Under the pieces are notes generated by a model. It was given only the letters and a program-made list of their open reading frames with translations, had not been told where the DNA came from and ran no database searches. Made by a program: the position numbers and the translations under genes. A DNA stretch of 64,000 nt, from assembly GCA_965276845.1 (NCBI GenBank), contig OZ255699.1, positions 94,687 through 158,686 on the forward strand, given 5' to 3'. Shown here in pieces: positions 55,339 to 63,709 of this stretch. Position 1 is the first letter of the stretch, and the number at the start of each line of letters is the position of its first letter. This DNA is from Parvibaculaceae bacterium. GTDB taxonomy: Bacteria > Pseudomonadota > Alphaproteobacteria > Parvibaculales > Parvibaculaceae.

Positions 55339-56622
55339 ATGTCAGCCGCCTGGTTGCTGAACCGGGAGAATGACATCACGGTGTTTGAGGCAGACGACCA
55401 CATCGGCGGACACTCGAATACGGTTGATGCGGGCAAAGACGGCAAACCGCTCCCCGTTGATACAGGGTTCATCGTCTACAATGAACAGAACTACCCAAAC
55501 CTGGTGGCCCTTTTTGACCATCTGAACGTGCCCACAAAGCCGTCGGACATGTCTTTCGCCGCTTCGATCGACCAGGGCCGGTTTGAGTATAGCGGGACCG
55601 GGTTGAACGGCCTGCTCGCACAGCGCAGCAATCTCGTGAACCCGCGATTCTGGTCCATGATGTCCGACATCGTGCGCTTCTATAAGACGGCCCCGACGCT
55701 GGATGGGGTAGCCGCCTCGCCGGATCTCTCCCTCGGAGACTATTTGCGCGAGAACAACTATTCCGACGCCTTTATTCGCGACCACATTCTGCCCATGGGC
55801 GCGGCGATCTGGTCGACCACCGTCAACGACATGTTGGACTATCCGCTGGCGACATTTGTGCGCTTTTTTGAGAGCCACGGTCTCCTCAAATTCAAAGACC
55901 GCCCAAAATGGCGCACGGTCGACGGCGGTAGCCGCGAATATGTAAAACGCCTGACGGCTTCCTATCGGGATAGAATCAAGCGGGAAGGCGTTGTTGCCGT
56001 CACCCGGACCCTCAATGGCGTCGAGGTGATGACGACGTCCGGCGGGCAGCATCTGTTTGATGATGTGGTTTTGGCGACCCATGCCGATGAAGCCCTGACG
56101 CTCTTGTCAAACCCAAGCGAACGCGAACAGCAGCTCTTGGGGGCGTTCCAATACACAGACAACGACACGTATCTGCACACGGATGAGCGCCTCATGCCGA
56201 AGCGTCGCCGCGTCTGGTCAAGCTGGAACTATATTGACGATGGTGCCGCCGATGCTGGAAAGCAACTGACACTATCTTACTGGATGAACCGGCTTCAGAG
56301 CATCGATAAGAGTAATCCGCTCTTTGTCACGCTGAACCCGCATGTGGCCCCGCGCGATGAGACCATCATTCGGAAATTTTCCTACCAGCATCCCCTGTTC
56401 AACGCGGCTGCGATCAAGGCGCAAAAGGGCCTGTGGCAGTTGCAGGGCAGAGACCGCTTGTGGTTCTGCGGCTCTTACTTCGGCTATGGGTTCCACGAAG
56501 ATGCTCTGGAGGCAGGGCTCGCTGTCGCCGAGCAACTCTCGGGCACCCTTCGGCCGTGGAATGTGGCCTCCAACAGCTCACGCGTTAACACAGAGGTGGT
56601 TCTGCCCCTGGCAGCCGATTGA
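55339..56622 (+). CDS. NAD/FAD-binding amine-oxidase-like oxidoreductase (RSP1091/UfaD-like); 5' end apparently frameshifted
   Basis: 427-aa ORF. The GSGIAGMSAAWLL Rossmann motif straddles the only available ATG, and the beta-1 strand (RRKIAIL) is encoded in another frame just upstream (see findings). Confidence 0.7.
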   Translation: MSAAWLLNRENDITVFEADDHIGGHSNTVDAGKDGKPLPVDTGFIVYNEQNYPNLVALFDHLNVPTKPSDMSFAASIDQGRFEYSGTGLNGLLAQRSNLVNPRFWSMMSDIVRFYKTAPTLDGVAASPDLSLGDYLRENNYSDAFIRDHILPMGAAIWSTTVNDMLDYPLATFVRFFESHGLLKFKDRPKWRTVDGGSREYVKRLTASYRDRIKREGVVAVTRTLNGVEVMTTSGGQHLFDDVVLATHADEALTLLSNPSEREQQLLGAFQYTDNDTYLHTDERLMPKRRRVWSSWNYIDDGAADAGKQLTLSYWMNRLQSIDKSNPLFVTLNPHVAPRDETIIRKFSYQHPLFNAAAIKAQKGLWQLQGRDRLWFCGSYFGYGFHEDALEAGLAVAEQLSGTLRPWNVASNSSRVNTEVVLPLAAD

Positions 56623-57422
56623 GAACGATGTTTTCCAGCCTGTACAAAGGAGTTGTGGACCACGCCCGGCGCCGCCCGGCGCGCCACACGCTGCGCTACC
56701 GGGTATTTTCCCTGCTGCTCGACTTGGATGAGCTGGAGGAGATCAACCGGACCAGTTGTGTGTTTGGCGTAAATCGCCGCGCGCTCCTGTCCTTCTGGGA
56801 AAAAGATCATGGCAATGGTGAGGCCACCGGATTGAAGGACTGGGTGGCAAACCATGTGACCAAAGCGGGGTTCTCCGCAAAGGGCATGAGCGTGCGCGTG
56901 CTTTGCTATCCGCGCATCTTTGGCTACGTTTTCAATCCCTTGACCGTCTACTATTGCTATGACGCCAACGGCGTTTTGATGGTCATTCTCCACGAAGTCC
57001 ACAACACATTTGATGAGAAGCACACCTATGTGCTGCCCGCTCCAATTGATCGCCGTGGACATGTCCGCCAGGAGGCCGACAAACGCATGTATGTGTCGCC
57101 CTTCACTGAGATGGAGGGGCATTACCAGTTTGATCTTCTTCCGCCCGGCGAAGATATCCGTGTCTTTATCGGCCTGAGCGACAAAGAGGGACCGCTTCTG
57201 GCGGCCTCCTTTGAGGGCGAGCGAGAGCCCTGGAGCGACAGTGCGCTTTTGAAAACCTTCCTTCAATATCCCCTGATGACGCTCAAAGTGACGGTGGGGA
57301 TCCATCTGGAAGCTCTAAGGCTCTGGAGAAAGAAAGTCCCCATCATCCGCCATGAACCGGCGCAAGAGCGCATCAGCTCAACGCACGTCAAGCTGGGAAT
57401 CAACCCGAATGCAGCTGACTAG
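56619..57422 (+). CDS. DUF1365 family protein
   Basis: 267 aa. SLYKGVVDHARRRPARHTLRYRVFSLLLDLDEL and RIFGYVFNPLTVYYCYD are hallmark DUF1365 segments. 4-nt overlap with the upstream oxidoreductase. Confidence 0.8.
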   Translation: MRTMFSSLYKGVVDHARRRPARHTLRYRVFSLLLDLDELEEINRTSCVFGVNRRALLSFWEKDHGNGEATGLKDWVANHVTKAGFSAKGMSVRVLCYPRIFGYVFNPLTVYYCYDANGVLMVILHEVHNTFDEKHTYVLPAPIDRRGHVRQEADKRMYVSPFTEMEGHYQFDLLPPGEDIRVFIGLSDKEGPLLAASFEGEREPWSDSALLKTFLQYPLMTLKVTVGIHLEALRLWRKKVPIIRHEPAQERISSTHVKLGINPNAAD

Positions 57423-57451
57423 TGCAGTGTCGGCGCCCGAAACAACGGGGA

Positions 57452-57886
57452 TCAGGCAGCAACGGAAATTTTGTTGCGGATCGACGAGAGTGCCCAGCCG
57501 ATGACAGGGAAGTGCTCATAAAATTCACGCGCGGCATCCCAATGGTCAAAGTGCGACACAACCTGGCCGTTGGCGTTGAACTGTACTCGGCTCATCCCTT
57601 CAAAAGACCAGGGCTTCTGGCGCAGCGTTGAATGCAGGCGCCAATAGAGCATGCCTGTGTCTCCGTCGGGGGATGGAGAGATGGCGCTGTGGAGAATCTC
57701 GAAATGCACCTCGCCGACCGTGTCGAACATGTGCACGAAGATTTCTGCCATTTTGTCCGCACCGACCACCTCATTGAAGGGGTCCCTGAAATGGACGTCG
57801 GGCATCACAAAGTCAGGGAGAGTCTCCAGACTCTCCCGGCTAAGCGAGCCCATGAATTGGGCATATTTGTCGAGAGGGGTGGTCAT
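57452..57886 (-). CDS. NTF2/SnoaL-like family protein
   Basis: 144 aa. Its size and pattern (DVHFRDPFNEVVG...) are typical of the SnoaL-like proteins that accompany DUF1365/SDR genes. 4-nt overlap with the SDR gene. Confidence 0.6.
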   Translation of the reverse strand: MTTPLDKYAQFMGSLSRESLETLPDFVMPDVHFRDPFNEVVGADKMAEIFVHMFDTVGEVHFEILHSAISPSPDGDTGMLYWRLHSTLRQKPWSFEGMSRVQFNANGQVVSHFDHWDAAREFYEHFPVIGWALSSIRNKISVAA

Positions 57887-58653
57887 ACTGTGATCATCCG
57901 TGAAGTTACTGAAAATAAAAGGCGGTTCGGCAGATGGCGGAGAAGCTTCATCAGAAAGGCAAACCGTCGGGGGAAGACGATTTCAAACTTGCCGGCCTCT
58001 AAGCCGCGATAGATGGTGGCAGCTGCTTCTTCAGCCGTGACAAGAAATGGCATTGGAAACTCATTCTTGTCGGTGAGCGGCGTCTCCACAAAGCCAGGAT
58101 TAATGAGAGAGATGGAAACACCCTCGCGGTCGAGTTCCGGCTTCATGGCTTCAACCATGTTGATCAGAGCGGCTTTCGTCGCGCCATAGGCGGCCGAGGT
58201 AGGGAGGCCTCGATAGCCCGCGACGGAGGACACCACGGCAATCCGGCCGCTTTGGCGCGCTCTGAACACCGGGAGCAATGCCGCCAACCCGTTTGCGGTA
58301 CCCATCAGGTTGGTCTCAACTAGATGGCGGACGGTAGCGACAGAAAACTCAGAGGCCGACATGGGCTGGTGGGTGCCTGCATTGAGCACGGCAAGGGAGA
58401 GGGGCCCCAGATCTTTTTCAATCTGCGCCAGCACCTGTTCGTTACCAGCTTCGTCGACAATATCAAGCGGGTACGCGTGGATCGTCCCCATCGAATTACT
58501 CGAGGCGACTTCAGCCGCCAGGCTTTCGAGGTCGGCGGGTGTGCGCGCACTAGCGGCGACTGTCCAACCATCGCCTGCCATTTTGAGGGCAAGCGCACGG
58601 CCGATGCCCTTGCCGGCGCCGGTTATCCAGACGGTTTTGGGGGCGTTGCTCAT
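57883..58653 (-). CDS. SDR family NAD(P)-dependent oxidoreductase
   Basis: TGAGKGIGRA cofactor motif, NAG and the YGATK catalytic motif. 256 aa. Confidence 0.88.
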   Translation of the reverse strand: MSNAPKTVWITGAGKGIGRALALKMAGDGWTVAASARTPADLESLAAEVASSNSMGTIHAYPLDIVDEAGNEQVLAQIEKDLGPLSLAVLNAGTHQPMSASEFSVATVRHLVETNLMGTANGLAALLPVFRARQSGRIAVVSSVAGYRGLPTSAAYGATKAALINMVEAMKPELDREGVSISLINPGFVETPLTDKNEFPMPFLVTAEEAAATIYRGLEAGKFEIVFPRRFAFLMKLLRHLPNRLLFSVTSRMITV

Positions 58654-59396
58654 CGTGACGTCTCAAGAGATGCACTGGCGACACACTGGCGGCAACGAAG
58701 CTCAATCAGCGAGCCATCATCGCCGGGGAACTGCATAGCGACCCACCGGCCATCCGCGTCGTACCAGACTTCGTTCTGGATCGCGCCTTCATATTTGTAG
58801 CGCATGGCCTCAATCATGCCCGCATTAGTTGGCACGCGCTCGGTGCCCAATGGCACAAGCTCTACGTCATTCACCTTGCCGGTGATGGTGTTCATCAGCT
58901 GCGTGCTGCCGATTACGCCGGAGTTCCAGTGATTGGTCGGGTAGATACCCATCGCTGCGGTCTGAGTGCCATTCGGCCCGTTGATCGTGAGGGTGTCCTC
59001 AGCAGCAGAGGCTTCGACTTCTGAGACTTCGCCATTGCGGTTCGTTGTGGCGCTCAGCGCGATAAGCTTGCCGTCTTCCCAAAGCGCTTCTGATTCATAT
59101 TGCAATTCAAAAAGCTTGACGAACAGCAGACCGATTTCGAGTTCGAAATTAGTTGTAACTTTCAACCCGCCTGCTTCATCGCGGAAGGTCACGTTATGCG
59201 TCCCAATGCGGGCATCGTTGCGATAGATGTCAAAAGCGATGTTGTCGCCATAAAGCGCCCGCGCCTGCTCGGTCATATCTGGCGCGGAGGCTGCTGCGTG
59301 AGGGGACACGCACAGAGCAGATAGACAGGCCGCGAGGGCAAGCGGCTTCAGGGGCAGGCGCGGGCTAGGGGCTGAAAGCCTCATTGGGGTCTCCAT
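58650..59396 (-). CDS. Exported beta-rich protein, unknown function
   Basis: 248 aa with a signal peptide (LKPLALAACLSALCVSPHAAA). 4-nt overlap with the SDR gene and 57 nt downstream of the photolyase gene. Confidence 0.55.
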   Translation of the reverse strand: METPMRLSAPSPRLPLKPLALAACLSALCVSPHAAASAPDMTEQARALYGDNIAFDIYRNDARIGTHNVTFRDEAGGLKVTTNFELEIGLLFVKLFELQYESEALWEDGKLIALSATTNRNGEVSEVEASAAEDTLTINGPNGTQTAAMGIYPTNHWNSGVIGSTQLMNTITGKVNDVELVPLGTERVPTNAGMIEAMRYKYEGAIQNEVWYDADGRWVAMQFPGDDGSLIELRCRQCVASASLETSR

Positions 59397-59453
59397 AAAG
59401 GGTGCTATTGTTCGGTATACGCGCCGGGCAGGGCGCTGGATCAGCCGGAAACC

Positions 59454-60893
59454 TTACGGTTTTTCGCCTTTTATCGACTGAAACGCTGCCAGGGCTCTTT
59501 CCCGCGCTTGCTTGCGATCGACAATCGGATGCGGGTAATCCCGGCCAAGCACCAGGCCAGCCTCTTCAAGCACCGATGTCGGGGCTTCCCAGGGCTTATG
59601 GATGTACTTTTTGGGCAGTTTTGCGAGCTCCGGCACAAAGCGGGTGACATAGGCGCCATCTGCATCAAATTTTTCGCCCTGCAAAACCGGATTAAAAATA
59701 CGGAAATAGGGCGCCGCATCGGCGCCGCATCCGGCGGCCCATTGCCAGCTCGCCGTATTGCTGGCCGGGTCCGCATCCACAAGGGTATCCCAGAACCAGG
59801 CTTCGCCGTCCCGCCAGTGAATGAGCAGCTCCTTTACCAGGAAAGACGCTACGATCATCCGCACCCTGTTGTGCATCCAGCCTGTCTGCCAGAGTTGTCG
59901 CATGCCGGCATCGACAATCGGGAATCCAGTCAGCCCTTTTTTCCAGGCGTTGAATTCCCCGCTAGGACCATTGGTCCATGGAAAATCCCGAAACGCTGGC
60001 CGCAGGGGGTCTGTGGGCAGGGAAGGGAAATGATGCAGGAGGTGGTAGGAGAAATCCCGCCACCCAAGCTCACGCAGAAACCATTCGCCATCGCGGGCGA
60101 GGTTTGGGTTCCGTGCGATCGCTTCCTGGGTTCGATGCCAGATCGTACGCGGGCTGATTTCGCCAAAGCGGAGATGGGCGGACAGCCTTGATGTGCCGGG
60201 TGTATGCCCTGGATGGTCGCGCATGTCTTTGTAGGTGGCGAGACCATCGGCGAGGTACGCATCCAATGTCTGAAGCGCTTGGGCTTCGCCGGGTGTGAAG
60301 GCGTCAGCGAGGCCGGGCGTCCAGTCAAAGTCATCCGGCAGGAGATCAAGCGCGTCCAGGCTGAGCGAACTTGGCTGATCTGTCGCCGGTGTGAGCGCGT
60401 CACAGCGCACCAGCGGGCCAAATGCCGCCTCTTTAAGGCAGGTACGCCAGAAGGGCGAAAAGACGGTGTAGGGCTTGTCCTGCTGGGTTCGGATCGTCTC
60501 CGGGGGAAAGAGAACCTGACCGGCGAAGCGTTTCACCTCCACATCAGATTTGAGGCCCCATTCATGAAGGGCCACCTCACCTTTTTGAACGGAGGGGTCG
60601 TATCCATGCTGCAAAAAGACACGGGCAGCGCCCGTCGTTTCAACCAGGTCTTGCACCTCATCAATGAGGTTCCCCCGTCGCAGGATGAGCGGTGCCCCCC
60701 GCGCCTGAAGGTCACGGCCTAGCGACGTGAGCGATTGATGCAACCACCATCTGGAGGCACCCCCAAGCGGCCGTCCAAAACCCTCGTCCAATACGAACAC
60801 CGGCACCACCGGGCCGGCTTCCGCAGCGGCAGTAAGCGCTGGATTGTCGCCAACCCTGAGATTGGCATGAAACAGGACAAGGGTTGGCGTCAT
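59454..60893 (-). CDS. phrB: Deoxyribodipyrimidine (CPD) photolyase, class I
   Basis: 479 aa with an N-terminal LVLFHANLRVGDNPAL. The C-terminal FAD-binding block SWQWAAGCGADAAPYFRIFNPVLQGEKFD closely matches E. coli PhrB. Confidence 0.92.
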   Translation of the reverse strand: MTPTLVLFHANLRVGDNPALTAAAEAGPVVPVFVLDEGFGRPLGGASRWWLHQSLTSLGRDLQARGAPLILRRGNLIDEVQDLVETTGAARVFLQHGYDPSVQKGEVALHEWGLKSDVEVKRFAGQVLFPPETIRTQQDKPYTVFSPFWRTCLKEAAFGPLVRCDALTPATDQPSSLSLDALDLLPDDFDWTPGLADAFTPGEAQALQTLDAYLADGLATYKDMRDHPGHTPGTSRLSAHLRFGEISPRTIWHRTQEAIARNPNLARDGEWFLRELGWRDFSYHLLHHFPSLPTDPLRPAFRDFPWTNGPSGEFNAWKKGLTGFPIVDAGMRQLWQTGWMHNRVRMIVASFLVKELLIHWRDGEAWFWDTLVDADPASNTASWQWAAGCGADAAPYFRIFNPVLQGEKFDADGAYVTRFVPELAKLPKKYIHKPWEAPTSVLEEAGLVLGRDYPHPIVDRKQARERALAAFQSIKGEKP

Positions 60894-61007
60894 TCTGGGG
60901 TGCGGTTCGCTGCGTTGCGGAGTAGGGTGGCCTCAACGATATAGACCAGCGTCCGTGTCTGACCACCTGTGTCCGGACATCGGGCGATTGTTGATTTGGA
61001 GGATGAG

Positions 61008-61538
61008 ATGAGTGAAGCACCCAATATGAGCGAACAGATTGCGGGCCAGGGCGGGCTGATCCCCGCACACGGCCTGACCGCTGCAATCCACATCGGAGAA
61101 AGCGATCTGCCTTTCGTTGATCTCGGTGATGGCAGCAAATTGCAGCTGCTTCAGGTCGACCTCAACCAGGGTCTTTGGGTGGTGCGTACGAAGTTCGCGC
61201 CTGGCTACAAGGTCGACAAGCACTACCATACCGGATCGGTCTTCGCCGTGACCCTGGAGGGCAGCTGGTACTACAAGGAATATCCCGAGTATGTGAACAC
61301 GAAAGGCTCCTACCTCTATGAGCCGGCGCATTCGGTGCACACGCTGACCGTGTCGGAAGACAATGAAGGGGAGACGGATGTTTGGTTCGCGATTTACGGT
61401 GCCAATATCAACGTCGATGACGACGGCAATGTCATCGGCGTCGTGGACGCGCAAAGCATCCTGGCTGCCTATCAGGCTTTGTGCGAAGCGCAGGGCCTCT
61501 CATCGGAGAAGGTGATTGTGTTGGGCGCGCCAACCTGA
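61008..61538 (+). CDS. Cupin-domain protein (ChrR-cupin / 2,4'-dihydroxyacetophenone dioxygenase-like family)
   Basis: 176 aa from ATG 61008 (GGAGGA RBS). His-containing cupin motifs KHYHTGSVFAVTLEG and EPAHSVHTL. Confidence 0.6.
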   Translation: MSEAPNMSEQIAGQGGLIPAHGLTAAIHIGESDLPFVDLGDGSKLQLLQVDLNQGLWVVRTKFAPGYKVDKHYHTGSVFAVTLEGSWYYKEYPEYVNTKGSYLYEPAHSVHTLTVSEDNEGETDVWFAIYGANINVDDDGNVIGVVDAQSILAAYQALCEAQGLSSEKVIVLGAPT

Positions 61539-61543
61539 TCCGA

Positions 61544-62155
61544 CTACGCGACAGGGGCAGTGTCGTCGGTCGTTTCCAACAGATGGAGAAGGCCGAACGC
61601 CGCTGCTTCTGCAGCTTTCGGCGGCAGCGTGTGATCGCCGATCCCTGAGAAGAATTCGTTGGCTTCTGTCAGACAGAGAAGGGCGTAAGCAGTTTCGCGG
61701 CATCTTGCTGGCGACGCCTTTGGATAGGCAGCAGACGCAATGTCGCCTATCAGGCGAAGCGACTTGTCGTACCAGCTCCAGAGGATTTCCCGCACAGCAG
61801 GGTCGCGCTCCGCCAAACCCCAGATCTCCCGGCCGATAACGTCATTGCCGGGAATGCGCTTGTAGCGGTCGCTGCAGAGGAAACGAACAAGGTTCTCTAA
61901 TTGGTCGGTGGCTGTAGGTCCCTGTATCGCTTTGTCGGCTTCGCGTTCCAGCCGCTCGCTGATGCGCGTGACAAATGCCAGAACAAGCTGCTCGCGATTG
62001 CCGAAATAATGACTGACCATCTGGAGGGAGAGACCTGACTGATCGGCAATACGGCGCATCGAGGCCTGTCCGATCCCATGCTCGCGCACGCAAATCTCCA
62101 TCGCATCCAAAATCTGATCACGCCGCTCAGGCGCTTTACTCGGTCGACCCACCAT
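61544..62155 (-). CDS. TetR family transcriptional regulator
   Basis: N-terminal GRPSKAPERRDQILDAMEICVREHGIGQASMRRIADQSGLSLQMVSHYF HTH region. Overlaps the upstream cytochrome c gene by 20 nt. Confidence 0.85.
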   Translation of the reverse strand: MVGRPSKAPERRDQILDAMEICVREHGIGQASMRRIADQSGLSLQMVSHYFGNREQLVLAFVTRISERLEREADKAIQGPTATDQLENLVRFLCSDRYKRIPGNDVIGREIWGLAERDPAVREILWSWYDKSLRLIGDIASAAYPKASPARCRETAYALLCLTEANEFFSGIGDHTLPPKAAEAAAFGLLHLLETTDDTAPVA

Positions 62156-62585
62156 CCGCGTTTTCCAGATGCCCGATCAGGGCGTGACGGGTTGTAAGAA
62201 CGTCATCCAGTCGAACGGCCCGCATCTGCTCGACTTCGGTCTCTGTATAGTCTGTAAAAGCGGCGATTGTCGCTTCGTCCGCCATGTTTTTCACCATCCA
62301 GTTCAATGTGCCAGCAAGGCGGTCATTGGAGAGAACCGACATCGCGGAGCCAGGTACCTGAACCAGAAAGGCACGCCCCCCCTCAACCGAGAGCAGCAAG
62401 GGCAGGGTTACGCGCATATCCGGAACCCGGTTGGGGAACCCGCGCCCATCGGGCACATGACAGCCTTGGCAGTGGATCATGTAATCCGCACGGGCGCGGG
62501 CATCGCCTGCAATCGAAGTATCGGTCGTAGTAACGACGCCAAGAAGCGCGCACAAGGCGACAACAAATGTCTTATGCGTCCTCAT
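62136..62585 (-). CDS. Monohaem c-type cytochrome, periplasmic
   Basis: Start at MRTHKTFVVALCALLGVV (signal peptive-like N-terminus), single CQGCH haem-binding motif, 149 aa. Overlaps the mauA stop by 14 nt. The ORF-track start 62945 is an over-extension. Confidence 0.7.
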   Translation of the reverse strand: MRTHKTFVVALCALLGVVTTTDTSIAGDARARADYMIHCQGCHVPDGRGFPNRVPDMRVTLPLLLSVEGGRAFLVQVPGSAMSVLSNDRLAGTLNWMVKNMADEATIAAFTDYTETEVEQMRAVRLDDVLTTRHALIGHLENADGGSTE

Positions 62586-63084
62586 CGACACCGACAATAA
62601 TCGCCGTGGAACAATTGTAGATAATGTCGGCACTACTACCCGCGCACCAATTGATATTGTTGGACGCCTGCGGCAGATACATCGGTTTGTCGCCCTCGTT
62701 GCGCACACAGGTGCACCGCCCGCAGCCGCTTTTGCCGCAGCAATCATTGTAAGAAATGATGTAGTGCTTGTTGTCGCCAGGATTGAGGCAGGTGCCGACC
62801 CAGGTGATGGGTGACATGATGGTTCCAGGTGGACAGGAATTGTGCGTGCCACCGCAACAACTACAGAGATATCCGTCAATGGCGCAATAGCGCCAATAGT
62901 CGCAACTCTGCGGGTCGCCGGGGTCATTGGCGACTTCCTCACCACGCACGCGGGAGACAGGCAAAAGCGGGAAGGCGGCGGCGCCAGCCAACACTGTTCC
63001 TATGCCAGCGACGACGCTTCGACGTGAAGAAAGACGTGCCGCAGTGCGGGCCGTGTTTTCAAAGAATGTATCAAACCAAGTCAT
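62572..63084 (-). CDS. mauA: Methylamine (or aromatic amine) dehydrogenase light chain, TTQ-bearing subunit
   Basis: Tat-type signal (SSRRSVVAGIG). The Cys-rich mature part CDYWRYCAIDGYLCSCCGG...CPPGT...YNDCCG...CTC...NWC is collinear with MauA/AauA small subunits. Confidence 0.85.
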   Translation of the reverse strand: MTWFDTFFENTARTAARLSSRRSVVAGIGTVLAGAAAFPLLPVSRVRGEEVANDPGDPQSCDYWRYCAIDGYLCSCCGGTHNSCPPGTIMSPITWVGTCLNPGDNKHYIISYNDCCGKSGCGRCTCVRNEGDKPMYLPQASNNINWCAGSSADIIYNCSTAIIVGVDEDA

Positions 63085-63103
63085 GTTTATTCAGAACGCG
63101 TTG

Positions 63104-63709
63104 TTAAGCGCGCTGCTGCTCCCGTTCCATGTAATCCTGAATGGACGCGACGCCATGGGTGCGCGCTTCGAACAGGCTTTCGATATGTTCCCGCGTGTTT
63201 GTGAGGCCATGGGCGACCATCGTTCCCTTCTCATCGATCAGGGCAGCGTAGGGAAGTTTGCTGACCCCAATGGTGAGCCCCAGATCAGACGACAGAACAT
63301 AGGGATAGTCTTCCAGACCCTGTTTCTGGAGATAGGCGAGATGGTCCGATGGCTCACCGTCGCTTGCCAGAACCACATCCAGCCAGGAGGCTTCGCGCGC
63401 CCGGACCGACGAAATGACCGGCAACAGCGATTTGCAGACCGGGCAATCCGGCGACAGGAAAAATAACAGAGTCGCCCGGCTTGCGCTGGTCCCAGCGCCG
63501 ACCTCGACCTGTCCTCCCGTCAATGACGGCATCGAAAAGGGAGGAACAGGTTCGCCGGCCTTCATGCCTTTCGCGACCGTGAGGGCACCGACAGGGCCCA
63601 TGCGCTCGTGCAGCAGCCCGATCTGGCGCGTAAGCGCAAAAACAATCAGACCCAATGCCGCAATAGCGACCCAGCTCACAATGTTGGAAATAATCAAAGC
63701 GTCGATCAT
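63104..63709 (-). CDS. mauD: Methylamine utilisation protein MauD (membrane-anchored thioredoxin-like)
   Basis: 201 aa with an N-terminal TM anchor and the CPVC redox motif. Located between the mauE-like gene and mauA, as in known mau clusters. Confidence 0.8.
   Translation of the reverse strand: MIDALIISNIVSWVAIAALGLIVFALTRQIGLLHERMGPVGALTVAKGMKAGEPVPPFSMPSLTGGQVEVGAGTSASRATLLFFLSPDCPVCKSLLPVISSVRAREASWLDVVLASDGEPSDHLAYLQKQGLEDYPYVLSSDLGLTIGVSKLPYAALIDEKGTMVAHGLTNTREHIESLFEARTHGVASIQDYMEREQQRA

Noticed and set aside
60894-61007. Looked for a sigma-E (TGATCC-N16-CGTA) promoter upstream of the photolyase gene and of the divergent cupin gene
   Set aside because: Only weak look-alikes are present (TGGTCA...TATATCG on the minus strand). 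The match is not good enough to call without a weight matrix.
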